The position numbers were made by a program, and so were the translations under genes. The notes beneath the pieces were generated by a model. That model was not told the DNA's origin. It searched no databases and worked only from the letters and a program-made list of their open reading frames with translations. Below are positions 31,301-39,523 of a DNA stretch of 64,000 bases, piece by piece. Every line of letters begins with the position of its first letter. The first letter of the stretch is position 1. The DNA comes from an uncultured Nitrospirota bacterium (GTDB lineage Bacteria; Nitrospirota; Nitrospiria; 2-01-FULL-66-17): positions 420 to 64,419 of the forward strand of contig CAZMYW010000006.1 in the NCBI GenBank assembly GCA_964570625.1, read 5' to 3'.

Positions 31301-31755
31301 GATGCAAGCTGATCGTCGATCTATTTGCCGATTCGGGAACCTGGAATGGGGCTCATGCAACCCGAGTGCGCAGCAATTTACTGATGGCCTTCCATCTGTT
31401 CCGAGGCATCGTGCGATGCCTGCGACCCTTGCAACGCCGCACCCGAACCTGCCCGCGGCGCAAGACCTTGCGCCGCATCTCGGTGCGGGTCGGGAGTGAC
31501 CAGCGGCACGTGCTCTTGAGAGACTGGTCGTCACGCGGGATCGGAATCCTGCACATCGGCAAGGAATGGCCTTCGACCACGGAGAGCGGGCTGTCGGCTG
31601 ACCGCTTCCACGACACACCGTTCCAAGAGGTCTATCAAAAACAGCTGCTGCCCCATGTGTGGCGCGTCGGGCTGCGCGTCGCCACTCGCCCCGTCGGTGA
31701 GGCGATCCCCGCTCCCGTGCAAGGGCGTGAGATGGCCTTGCACCAGGACCGTTAG
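28315..31755 (+). CDS. Multidomain exopolysaccharide synthase: GH8 BcsZ-like endoglucanase, TM region, processive GT2 (BcsA-like, QRRRW) and two C-terminal PilZ domains
   Basis: There is a signal peptide. GH8 motifs are present (TSEGQGYAMLRAV, DADTDIALALILA). GT2 motifs are present (VLDDGHRPE, VFDTDHIP, LGQRRRWMLG). PilZ #1 has RSADR...DLSLSG and PilZ #2 has RRKTLRR...DWSSRG. Confidence 0.8.
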   Translation: MTTRLFSVRGLVLVAFLSITCSSGQAQTPDSPSDAAIRQVDELSALWSFYKHTYIATGRVISLDEQGVTTSEGQGYAMLRAVWSNDRITFADAWNWTKQHLQVRSDHLFAWKWKGKVLSLNSATDADTDIALALILASRRFSEPAYEQAALDVLDSIWNKEIAKIGRQYYVTAGNWAVQEDYPTIHVAYLAPYAYEIFASVDDRYPWKRLVDSSYQILEWIYSEQRLQLPPEILFLDKQTGRFLLKHPRTGASASFGYDAFPIFWRVALDAQWFGRPQSELRRTMLAFFQDEWRARKAFSDRYSIGGQPLSRIEGLPLYATVHALALQEDQALARLIGNAKLDTLRQNALGGRATPYYLHNWLWFGRAFELQALRTYDEFLGFLRPFDFKGFSAHFPWALFAVTIALFFLARVHPRFKLAFLVCGFALCGYYLVWRLFNTLNFVETAGPFISLSLWGAELYAFSTVLLLLVQVGLGGKQKTHNAPPLPGYSPSVDILIPIYPESCEILTKTLVAARAIEYANKRVYVLDDGHRPEVARVAGRFGATYIKGPRTHAKAGNLNHALDQTQGELVAVFDTDHIPVTTFLKETVPFFADPKMAVVQTPHHFYNPDIFQRAFGGSEQIPNEQDMFNHAIQNGRDAWNGAFFVGSGAVFRRSALADVNGFNLMSMTEDIHTSQHLHAAGWRSAFLDKDLAVGLAAENLSSYLGQRRRWMLGCLQIFFKDNPLIRRGLTTRQRLGYFASLYYFFFPVTRMVFWITPLYFLLFHFHPILSDVSVLVAYLLPFIIILPLIASTLLPGWPRLFWASVYEATVSFQLFRSMFDLFLPKRLGFKVTPKGLRSHTRAFDSTSATLPLIATGITLVAIAKGLWEFFYFGIEKDAYFFNLSWASLNLLFLLVGLLVAWERPQQRSADRIKKSVPFELERAGVSLTGTTHDLSLSGLSFMTALNEPIPLFGEITLRDRDPITCRYQVVYHERVSRRASRCGVAFLDVSHDDRCKLIVDLFADSGTWNGAHATRVRSNLLMAFHLFRGIVRCLRPLQRRTRTCPRRKTLRRISVRVGSDQRHVLLRDWSSRGIGILHIGKEWPSTTESGLSADRFHDTPFQEVYQKQLLPHVWRVGLRVATRPVGEAIPAPVQGREMALHQDR

Positions 31756-31772
31756 ATCCCAGAGGGCTCTTC

Positions 31773-33350
31773 TTGGATTGGAGGAATACGCTTTTTGCGC
31801 TGTTGATGGTTCTCGCCATGCTCCTCAGTGCCGCCACTGCGTCCGCGGCAGGGTTCAGTGAATCCTGGTACATGTACCGGGGAAACGCCAACATCGAGAT
31901 CGGCAACTATAAGGCGGCCATCGAAGCCTTTGAAAAGGTCCTGGAGCTAAACCCGGACAATCGGGAAGCCATGCGAAGCCTTGGCCTGTCCTACGAGCGA
32001 CAAGGCTTGAAGGATAAATCTATCGAGCTGTTCGATCGTTATCTCCAGAAGTACGATGACGACCCGGAGATTGCCTTCAAACAAGCCGAAGCCCTGGAGT
32101 GGTCACGGTACGCGTACCGCGAAAAAGACGCCCTGAAATATTACCGGATGGGGCTGAAGCGACGAGATGACCCCAAACGGCGTCTCAAATACGCCTCACA
32201 TCTGGCCAAAACCCGGGAAACCAGCCAGGAAGCGGTGGTTCAGTACGAGCGGGTCATTGCGGTGCAGCCCCGCAATGCGGAGGCGCACCGCGGCCTTGCG
32301 AAAGCCCACGCCTGGCTCGGCGACCGCGACCGCGCCCTCTATCACGCGAACCTGGCGGACCGCTACGCGATGACGGAGACCGGCGATCTGACCGCGCTGC
32401 GCCGCGATATGACGAAGGGGCGCGAACCGACCCTTGAAGGCATCGTCGGATTCCTCGCTCAGCCCCAAGACCCCTTCGAGTTATATGCAGTCCGGCTGGG
32501 CTCGCGCGTCAAAGGCGACCTGACCCCGTTCACCACCACCACGCTCGAAGCCGGTCTCGAGTACTTTGGGGATTCATCCGAAAAGTCGACCGGCGGATAT
32601 CTTGCGTTCGGAACCCAGGCCCGCTTCAATCCGTCCAATCGAATCAATGGCATGTTGGAGTATCACGGCGCCGCGCTGGCCAATCCTCTGGCCTACACCC
32701 TTGAGTACACGTATGCCGCGGCGTCGTTCTCGTTTCGCCCGGGCGTCAAACGCGCGCTCAAATACGATTCCCTCCCCGCGCTAGTGGGGAGTCGGGTCTC
32801 CGGCCAACTCATCGGCGCCGCGCGCTCAACCTTGTTCTACACCGACCTGGCCGTTTCCAAAGGCAGCCTCCAGGTCAACGCCACGCCGTTTGCCGGCTGG
32901 GTCGACGGCGAGTCGCTCGCCAACAACGGGCAGGTGGGGCTGGATGCGAAAGTGGCCATGCCGTTCTGGAGCCGTGACACCTGGAACGTGTCCGGCGAAT
33001 ACCTCTTGTACCTGACCCACTACGCCAACGACCAATCAGAGTTCGATACCGGCGCGGCCCCCCTGGCCGGCTATTTCAGCCCCCGCCTGTTCGTCAATCA
33101 GACCCCGCGCCTGGTGGCCACGTACGTCTCACCCACCAAGAACGAGCTATCCGTGGCAGCAGGCCCGTCGATTCAGTATATCGACGAAGCCAGGAACGAC
33201 CCCGCGCTTCGAATCGGCGCGGATGCGCACGTCTCGTACACCGCCCGCGTGCCGGACCGCTTGCTCCTCAAATTCATGGCAGATCTAACCCAGATCACCG
33301 GCATCCAGACGCGCGTCCAGTTGCAGGGGCTCCTGGTGTACACGTTCTGA
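31773..33350 (+). CDS. TPR-repeat outer-membrane beta-barrel protein (BcsC/PgaA-like polysaccharide export porin, compact)
   Basis: A signal peptide and N-terminal TPR repeats are present (AIEAFEKVLELNPDNREAMRSLGLSYERQG). The C-terminal beta-strand-rich region ends in ...LLVYTF. Confidence 0.65.
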   Translation: MDWRNTLFALLMVLAMLLSAATASAAGFSESWYMYRGNANIEIGNYKAAIEAFEKVLELNPDNREAMRSLGLSYERQGLKDKSIELFDRYLQKYDDDPEIAFKQAEALEWSRYAYREKDALKYYRMGLKRRDDPKRRLKYASHLAKTRETSQEAVVQYERVIAVQPRNAEAHRGLAKAHAWLGDRDRALYHANLADRYAMTETGDLTALRRDMTKGREPTLEGIVGFLAQPQDPFELYAVRLGSRVKGDLTPFTTTTLEAGLEYFGDSSEKSTGGYLAFGTQARFNPSNRINGMLEYHGAALANPLAYTLEYTYAAASFSFRPGVKRALKYDSLPALVGSRVSGQLIGAARSTLFYTDLAVSKGSLQVNATPFAGWVDGESLANNGQVGLDAKVAMPFWSRDTWNVSGEYLLYLTHYANDQSEFDTGAAPLAGYFSPRLFVNQTPRLVATYVSPTKNELSVAAGPSIQYIDEARNDPALRIGADAHVSYTARVPDRLLLKFMADLTQITGIQTRVQLQGLLVYTF

Positions 33351-33489
33351 TCACCGACTCGTGATCCGGGAGGCGTCAAGGCCAGAATCTTGACATCCCG
33401 ATCAGGATGCGCGCAGAGTAACGCCCATGGCTCGACCGCTCGGAATCGACTATCCGGGCGCCGTCGACCACGTGAGCGGTGTCCTGATG

Positions 33490-33693
33490 GGCGGACGCCG
33501 ATCCATCACGGGCTGGCCGTCCGGATCGTCTATCGATTCGCAGGACACGCTGGCGTTCAGCGCCCTGACGGGCGTGCGGTCGATGAACGAGGTTTTCCCT
33601 CTGGAGCGCGCATCAGAGGCCTATGATCGGATGATGAGTGGCAAGGCACGGTTCCGAGTCGTGCTCACAACCGGGCATCACAGCGGGTCCTGA
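33490..33693 (+). pseudogene. Orphan 3'-terminal fragment of a zinc alcohol dehydrogenase gene (diverged duplicate of 27840-28045)
   Basis: About 90% nucleotide and about 93% amino-acid identity to the last ~65 codons of the ADH at 27011-28045, with no upstream ADH sequence. Confidence 0.7.
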
Positions 33694-33840
33694 GACGAAA
33701 AGACCTTATCCCAACGCAAGGCCTGGTCCTCAGTCCCCCACTGAATCGAGGGAGCTACCCTCAGAAGCCTAGTTTGGAATCCACCGATAGAGCCCTCTAG
33801 GCTGAGTAGAGTCGGGCTCGTATCTTGGAGCGGGCATCCA

Positions 33841-36800
33841 GTGCCTTCTCCCAACCTTCAAACAAAAGTACTTCGACGCAAGACCACGCCAGAGGAGTAC
33901 CGCGTGTATCGGGCGGGCCTCGAATGGGACTTAACCGATCCCATAGTTATCGAGACGCGCAAGGACCTGAAATCTGAATATCTTTGGCGTGACCGGATGG
34001 AGCCCTATCATCATCAGGTCACAAATCTCATCACCTTCTGCCGCCGCCTGCCGGTCACGCTGCTCGCCGACGACGTCGGTCTCGGCAAAACGATTAGCGC
34101 CGGGCTGATCATCAGCGAGCTAATCTCCCGCTCCCGTCTTTCCAGGATTCTTATTGTCTGCCCCAAGCTGCTCGGCCCGCAGTGGCAGGAGGAACTGCTC
34201 ACGAAATTCAACATTCCTTCTGAGATTGCGATCGGGAGAGACCTGATCAAAGCTGATCCCGAGGGAACCGGTGCCGTCATCACAACCTATCATTCGGCGC
34301 GCCTGCATCTCGATCCAATCCCGAAGGATCGTTTCCAGATGCTGGTGTTGGATGAGGCGCACAAGCTGCGAAACCTCTATGGCGTCGAAAAACCCCCGCA
34401 GGTGGCCAAGCGTTTCCGGAAGGCCCTGGAAGAGCGCCGGTTTCGCTTCGTCCTTATGCTGACCGCGACGCCGATACAGAACCGCCTGTGGGATCTCTAT
34501 TCGTTGGTCGATCTGTTGACCGTTGCGCGTGGGCACCAAAACCCCTTTGGCAGCGAGGACATGTTTGCTCGGAAGTTCATCGCCGACAATCGGGAGCAGA
34601 CCCGCCAGTTGAAGCCGGAAGCGCGCGACGAGTTCCGATCGATTGTCTACGGCTACATGTCGAGGGTCCGGCGCGGAGACGCCAGGCTCTATTTCCCGGA
34701 CCGAGTCGTGCAAATGCACAAGGTCGACCCCACAGCGGCAGAGTTGCAGCTGATCGACGCTATCGCCAAGCCGATCCAGAAACTGAACCGGCTCGCGCAA
34801 ATTTCGATCCTGCAGGCTCTCACTAGTAGCCCAGATGCGTTGATGGCACAGTTGAACAACATGGCAAAGAACGGCACTGTTCCTGAGGAGCTTGCCGCGA
34901 CGGTCCGCGCCATCGTCACCGGAATGCCCACCAGCGCCAAGCTTCATGGGCTCGGCGGGCTGATCGACAGACTAAAACGGGAGAATCCGGAACGCTGGCG
35001 GCTCGTCGTATTCACAGGACGGCTAGAGACCCAGACCACCATCCAAGCCTTCCTGGAAAAGTACGGCCTCAAGGTCGGGATAATCAACGGTATGTCCGGC
35101 CCGCGTAATCAGGAGACCATCACGCGTTTCAGAAAAAACCCGCCTGATTCCCACGTTATCGTGTCTACCGAAGCTGGATCCGAGGGCATCAACCTTCAAG
35201 TCGCCAACGTACTGGTCAACTACGACCTGCCCTGGAACCCAATGATCGTCGAACAGCGTATCGGACGCGTACAACGCTTGGCGTCCGAGCATGCGAGCGT
35301 CGGTATTTTCAACATCATGCTGCGTGGTACCTTCGAGGAGTACATCGTTGGACGCTTGATGGAAAAACTTCAGATGGCGTCCCACGCGATCGGCGATATT
35401 GAATCGCTGCTCGAAGCATCCGGAATCAGTGGAGAGGATGAGGACGGGGCAACGAGCTTTGACGAGAAGATCCGCCAGCTCGTCATAGCGGCGCTCGCAG
35501 GCAAGGACGTGGAGGCAGCAACACGCCAGGAGGAGCAAAGTATTGCCAATGCGAAGAGCGCTCTGGAGCGCGAGGAAGAGAGCATCAACACCCTACTCGG
35601 CGGAATGGATGGAGCCGAGTATGTCGGACCTCGCGCGCCGGCCCTGCCCGGCGTCGTGCGATCTATGGAGCCGCGCGATTTCACTCTGGCAGCCTTAAGG
35701 AGTCTTGGCGCGCGTATCACGCCGCAACCGCCGGATCTGTATCTGGCGGAAGGAAACGGCGGACGTGAACACATCCGTTTTGAGGAAAACGCTGGCGCAG
35801 GCGTAAAAAGCACCCTCTACGCTCCCGGCACTGCCGCCTTCATCCGGCTAGTCGGTCGGATCATTGCAACCGGCGTTTATGAAGTAGAAGACCTCGACCA
35901 AAATCCAGCCAAAGAGGCCGAGGAACTCGCCCGCCGGTGGGTCCTGGCCTTCAGCGGAACGCCCAAGGCAGTAGAGGTCGAAGAGGTGCGCCGTTGTTTC
36001 GAAGGGACGGCTCTCGTCCGAGTGCGCGCCACGGTTGCGCATGACAGCTATGAGCGCCTCGTGGAAGTTTCCTGTTCATCGGCAGAGTACTATGCTGATA
36101 CAGGCCGATCAGGGCTTGGCCCCTTGTCTCAGACAATTGAGAATCCCAACGCCCTTGGGATCAACATCGACAGATTGGCTGACGCTGCAAAATTGGATGG
36201 GGCAATCTCCGAATTCTCCCGCTTCTACTTGGAAAGGCGAGCACAGGAAATGCAGGCCGCAGCCGGGGATGAGCGGAAAAAAAAGAGGCTAGAGGATGAG
36301 TTCACCCCCCGCCTTGAAATGACGCTGGTTGCGCTCGAAGGAAGGCTGCACCGCCAGCTAAGAGTTAAAGCGCAATACACGCTTGATGCTGAAGCCGATT
36401 ACCATAGTTTGCTGACCGTTATACCGCATACGGGAAGATGGGTCGATGCTCCAGAAATGGGGCTCTGCGCTCGATCGGGCAAGACTGTTCCTAAGACGTG
36501 CCTCAAGCAATGTCAGATCGCGGGGGCGGTGGTGCTGCAGCATCTCCTCGCCCGGTCCGAGATGAGTTCAAGGCTTGCGCTGCCGGAATTTACGGTCCTG
36601 TGCAGCCTAAGTGGCAAGCGCGTTCTCAAGGACGAAGCCGAGTTGTCAACGGTGAGTAGACAGCTGGTCGCAAGCTCACTCCTTAAGACTTCGGTTCTAA
36701 GCGGGCAGCGGGCAGAACCCAGTCATTTTGGTCAGTGCGAATTTACTAAAGCCGAGGTTCTCAATACCGAGCTTGCCATTAGCGAAGTGTCGGGTAAGCG

Positions 36801-37539
36801 CTATCGCGTCGATGAGCAAGTGCGATCGGTTGTTTCTGGAAAGACGGGCCACAGGTCGGAGTTTCTGATCTGCCATGAGACCCGACAGCCCTTAATTGTG
36901 TCGGAAGCCGAGCAATGCAGGGTCACCGGTATGTACGTTCGGCCGGGAATCTTGGAGCCATGTGCGATCACGCAGACGCGGGTACTGCCCTCGGAGCTTG
37001 AGCGTTGCGCTGCTACCGGCAAGCGCGCGCTAAAGAAGCTGTTGGTGACGAGCAGCTTGTCGGAAGCGCGCATTCTGGAGGATGTTGCTGTGCGGTCGGC
37101 TACTGGAAAATTTTGTGCGCCGGTTGAAACCAAGACTTGTCTTTGGAGTGGCCGGAAGTGCCATCCAGATGATCTTCGCGCGTGCGCGCTGACTGGCCTT
37201 CCTATCCACTTTGAATTTGCCACGACAAATGGTAAACCCCGTCTCCAGCCGCTTGTCGACCTGCTCAACGGCATCAAGAGAACCGCGGACGAGCCCAAGT
37301 TGTGGGACACCGTAGCGACCGAGATCACAGCGAAACTCGGGAAGGGGTGGTGCCGTGTGGAGGCTGCGGTTCTTTCACCAGATAGGCGGCATCTTGCAGT
37401 CTGCTCCGAGGTCCGTACGTTGCTCGGCTTCCGGGTGAATCAAGCTGGTTTGGTGTACGCCATCGGAGACCATTCCATCCTTGGTCGAACGGCTCAAGGG
37501 CGTCGTACTTCCGAGGGATGGTCAGAGGTCAAAAGCTAG
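33841..37539 (+). CDS. SNF2-family helicase (RapA/HepA-like ATPase core) with a ~600-aa C-terminal domain containing ~10 tandem Cys-rich 16-17-aa repeats
   Basis: SNF2 motifs I (LLADDVGLGKT), II (LVLDEAHKLRN) and III (LMLTATPIQN) are present, with a helicase C domain (VSTEAGSEGINLQ, QRIGRVQR). The C-terminal repeats follow the pattern [CS]xx[ST]GK[RT]. An alternative start is ATG 33997 (MEPYHHQ). Confidence 0.8.
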   Translation: MPSPNLQTKVLRRKTTPEEYRVYRAGLEWDLTDPIVIETRKDLKSEYLWRDRMEPYHHQVTNLITFCRRLPVTLLADDVGLGKTISAGLIISELISRSRLSRILIVCPKLLGPQWQEELLTKFNIPSEIAIGRDLIKADPEGTGAVITTYHSARLHLDPIPKDRFQMLVLDEAHKLRNLYGVEKPPQVAKRFRKALEERRFRFVLMLTATPIQNRLWDLYSLVDLLTVARGHQNPFGSEDMFARKFIADNREQTRQLKPEARDEFRSIVYGYMSRVRRGDARLYFPDRVVQMHKVDPTAAELQLIDAIAKPIQKLNRLAQISILQALTSSPDALMAQLNNMAKNGTVPEELAATVRAIVTGMPTSAKLHGLGGLIDRLKRENPERWRLVVFTGRLETQTTIQAFLEKYGLKVGIINGMSGPRNQETITRFRKNPPDSHVIVSTEAGSEGINLQVANVLVNYDLPWNPMIVEQRIGRVQRLASEHASVGIFNIMLRGTFEEYIVGRLMEKLQMASHAIGDIESLLEASGISGEDEDGATSFDEKIRQLVIAALAGKDVEAATRQEEQSIANAKSALEREEESINTLLGGMDGAEYVGPRAPALPGVVRSMEPRDFTLAALRSLGARITPQPPDLYLAEGNGGREHIRFEENAGAGVKSTLYAPGTAAFIRLVGRIIATGVYEVEDLDQNPAKEAEELARRWVLAFSGTPKAVEVEEVRRCFEGTALVRVRATVAHDSYERLVEVSCSSAEYYADTGRSGLGPLSQTIENPNALGINIDRLADAAKLDGAISEFSRFYLERRAQEMQAAAGDERKKKRLEDEFTPRLEMTLVALEGRLHRQLRVKAQYTLDAEADYHSLLTVIPHTGRWVDAPEMGLCARSGKTVPKTCLKQCQIAGAVVLQHLLARSEMSSRLALPEFTVLCSLSGKRVLKDEAELSTVSRQLVASSLLKTSVLSGQRAEPSHFGQCEFTKAEVLNTELAISEVSGKRYRVDEQVRSVVSGKTGHRSEFLICHETRQPLIVSEAEQCRVTGMYVRPGILEPCAITQTRVLPSELERCAATGKRALKKLLVTSSLSEARILEDVAVRSATGKFCAPVETKTCLWSGRKCHPDDLRACALTGLPIHFEFATTNGKPRLQPLVDLLNGIKRTADEPKLWDTVATEITAKLGKGWCRVEAAVLSPDRRHLAVCSEVRTLLGFRVNQAGLVYAIGDHSILGRTAQGRRTSEGWSEVKS

Positions 37540-37675
37540 TGGCTCCTCACGCGCCACGGTAAAGCGCCATAGGCGCGAGTACGATCCGGTAGCAAGGGTA
37601 AAGCCGGTCGCGGCGTGGATCGACCGCGATGAAGGTCAGAGAGCCAATTCCACTATTCCGTTGGGGGAGGCCCAC

Positions 37676-39355
37676 GTGGATAAGGAAACTGCTTTCGCTA
37701 GAGCGACTTCGGGGGGTTCGCAAGTTCCTGAAGATTGGATGCCAGCAACGGGAACACGTGCTTTTGTATTTGAGGATCCTATTCTCATTTGGCTGGAATT
37801 TCACGGCGAAGCGAATGGATTTCAGAAAGACGCCTCATCGCCCTACGATTTCATGACGTTTATCTTCGAAAAGGGAAGGCAGTTCGAAAATAAGTGGATT
37901 TCTGAATTTGCTCCAGAGGCAATACGCGTTTGCTCGCACGCGTATGAGGTTCGCCGAGTCGAAAGATTCCACCAAACACTCGACCTTATTGAGCGCGGCA
38001 CTCCGGTTATCGCAGGCCCCGCTCTTTGGTGGGCTCCAGAAAAAATATTGGGAGTCCCGGACCTTTTGGTGCGGAGTGACTGGCTTAGTAAGCGCTTACC
38101 GAATACCCGTGTTCAATCAGAATCGGCTGAGCATTACGTGGTGTTGGACATGAAATTCACGACGAAACTCGACTCGACAGAGAAAAAGTTGTCGTTTTCG
38201 AACTACGAGGCACAGGTGAGAATCTACTCTTACATAGTCGGCCAGCTTACGGGTGTAATGGCCCCCCACTCCTTTCTAGTTTGCCGCGACCGGATCGACA
38301 ATCCGCTCGATGTCCCGACCCATTCAGCCATCGGTCCTCTTGATGAGGATCTCCGTAGATTCCGCGAATCTTACCTCGACATTAAGCTCAAGGGTGGCGC
38401 GTACCGACCGGGAATAGACTCTCAGATTGCGGTGAACCTATCAAACGACCAAGATGATCCTTGGCATACGGCAAAGATCGAGATTGCAAGAAACCGAGTA
38501 CCCGGTGGTGACCCATGCCTCGTTTATGAAATCGGGGCGACACAGCGGCAGGCACTTGCAGACAGAGGATTCGGAAATCTGAAGGCCCTCATGGAAATTG
38601 TTCCGGAACAAATCCCTCTGGAATCTTGCAAGGGCCTCGGGGCTGCCAAATGTCCGCGAATCCGGGCCGTGCTGCGAGCAAACCAGACAGGAACGGTTAC
38701 CCGTAACAAACCAACGCGTCTGCCGGTTGAAAAGTCAGTCGAGCTTTACGTCGACTTCGAGACATTCAACAACCTCAACGTCAACTTCGACAGAGAATGG
38801 CCCACGCTCCAAGGCTGTGAAATGATCTTCATGATTGGTGTCGCATGGGTGGAGAACAATAGCTTGCGATATCAAGCGGTCATCGCCGATACCGAGAGCC
38901 AAGCAGGCGAACGTCGGCTTTTGGAAGATTTCGAGAAGCTCATTCGCTCCCGAACAAATGGTTCGACTGTCGATCCGTCATCCACGGCTCTGGTCCACTG
39001 GACAAGCGCCGAAGTCTGGCAGCTTAAACGGGCCTGTGACCGACAGGGCTTCGAGGCGAGTCATCCGCTCAGAAATCTCCCGTGGTTCGATCTTCAAAAG
39101 GAAGTCTTCCTCGCAGAACCAATCGGTGTCCCGGGGGCATGGGGTTACGGAATTAAAGAGGTTGTGCTTTCGCTAGGACTACTCCAATGGCCTGGGGATC
39201 TGGATGACGGTCTCCGCGCCAGTGTCGCCGGATGGAAAGGTTATCAATCAAGCAAACCCCTTGAGTCTTCCGATATGCAGATCGTGGTGCAGTACAACGA
39301 GGTGGATTGCAACGCACTACACGAAGTCGTGAAGTGGCTTCGCCGATCGGCCTGA
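37676..39355 (+). CDS. RecB-family PD-(D/E)xK nuclease fused to a C-terminal RNase-H-like (DnaQ-type) domain (TM0106-like)
   Basis: The nuclease motifs are GVPDLLVRSD and VVLDMKFTTK (D...D-x-K). The C-terminal domain begins YVDFETFNN (DxE). The start was set at GTG 37676, which follows a strong SD (GGGGGAGG) and avoids overlap with the SNF2 gene. Confidence 0.65.
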   Translation: MDKETAFARATSGGSQVPEDWMPATGTRAFVFEDPILIWLEFHGEANGFQKDASSPYDFMTFIFEKGRQFENKWISEFAPEAIRVCSHAYEVRRVERFHQTLDLIERGTPVIAGPALWWAPEKILGVPDLLVRSDWLSKRLPNTRVQSESAEHYVVLDMKFTTKLDSTEKKLSFSNYEAQVRIYSYIVGQLTGVMAPHSFLVCRDRIDNPLDVPTHSAIGPLDEDLRRFRESYLDIKLKGGAYRPGIDSQIAVNLSNDQDDPWHTAKIEIARNRVPGGDPCLVYEIGATQRQALADRGFGNLKALMEIVPEQIPLESCKGLGAAKCPRIRAVLRANQTGTVTRNKPTRLPVEKSVELYVDFETFNNLNVNFDREWPTLQGCEMIFMIGVAWVENNSLRYQAVIADTESQAGERRLLEDFEKLIRSRTNGSTVDPSSTALVHWTSAEVWQLKRACDRQGFEASHPLRNLPWFDLQKEVFLAEPIGVPGAWGYGIKEVVLSLGLLQWPGDLDDGLRASVAGWKGYQSSKPLESSDMQIVVQYNEVDCNALHEVVKWLRRSA

Positions 39356-39434
39356 AAAGGGGACGGGAAAGGTGTCAGGAACCATTTTAAAGATGGTCCT
39401 AATCTCCCACCAAGGGCAGCCTCGGGGGTCACAG

Positions 39435-39467
39435 CCTCGGGGGTCAGGCTTGACTCTGTTGACTAGG
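39435..39467 (+). repeat. Direct repeat A (CCTCGGGGGTCAGGCTTGACTCTGTTGACTAGG), preceded by a 16-bp tandem duplication; contains two TTGACT -35-like hexamers
   Basis: Second copy lies at 40285-40314. The two copies flank the gene 39524-40270. Confidence 0.6.
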
Positions 39468-39523
39468 CGGGGCTTGTAGACGTTGCGGCATTAGTGGCGT
39501 TGCTTACGACTCCGGGGATAGCG

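Noticed and set aside
37481-37675. A 5' extension of the nuclease ORF that overlaps the SNF2 gene end by 59 nt.
   Set aside because: The extension has no conserved features. A strong SD (GGGGGAGG) followed by GTG at 37676 gives a non-overlapping start in the same frame.
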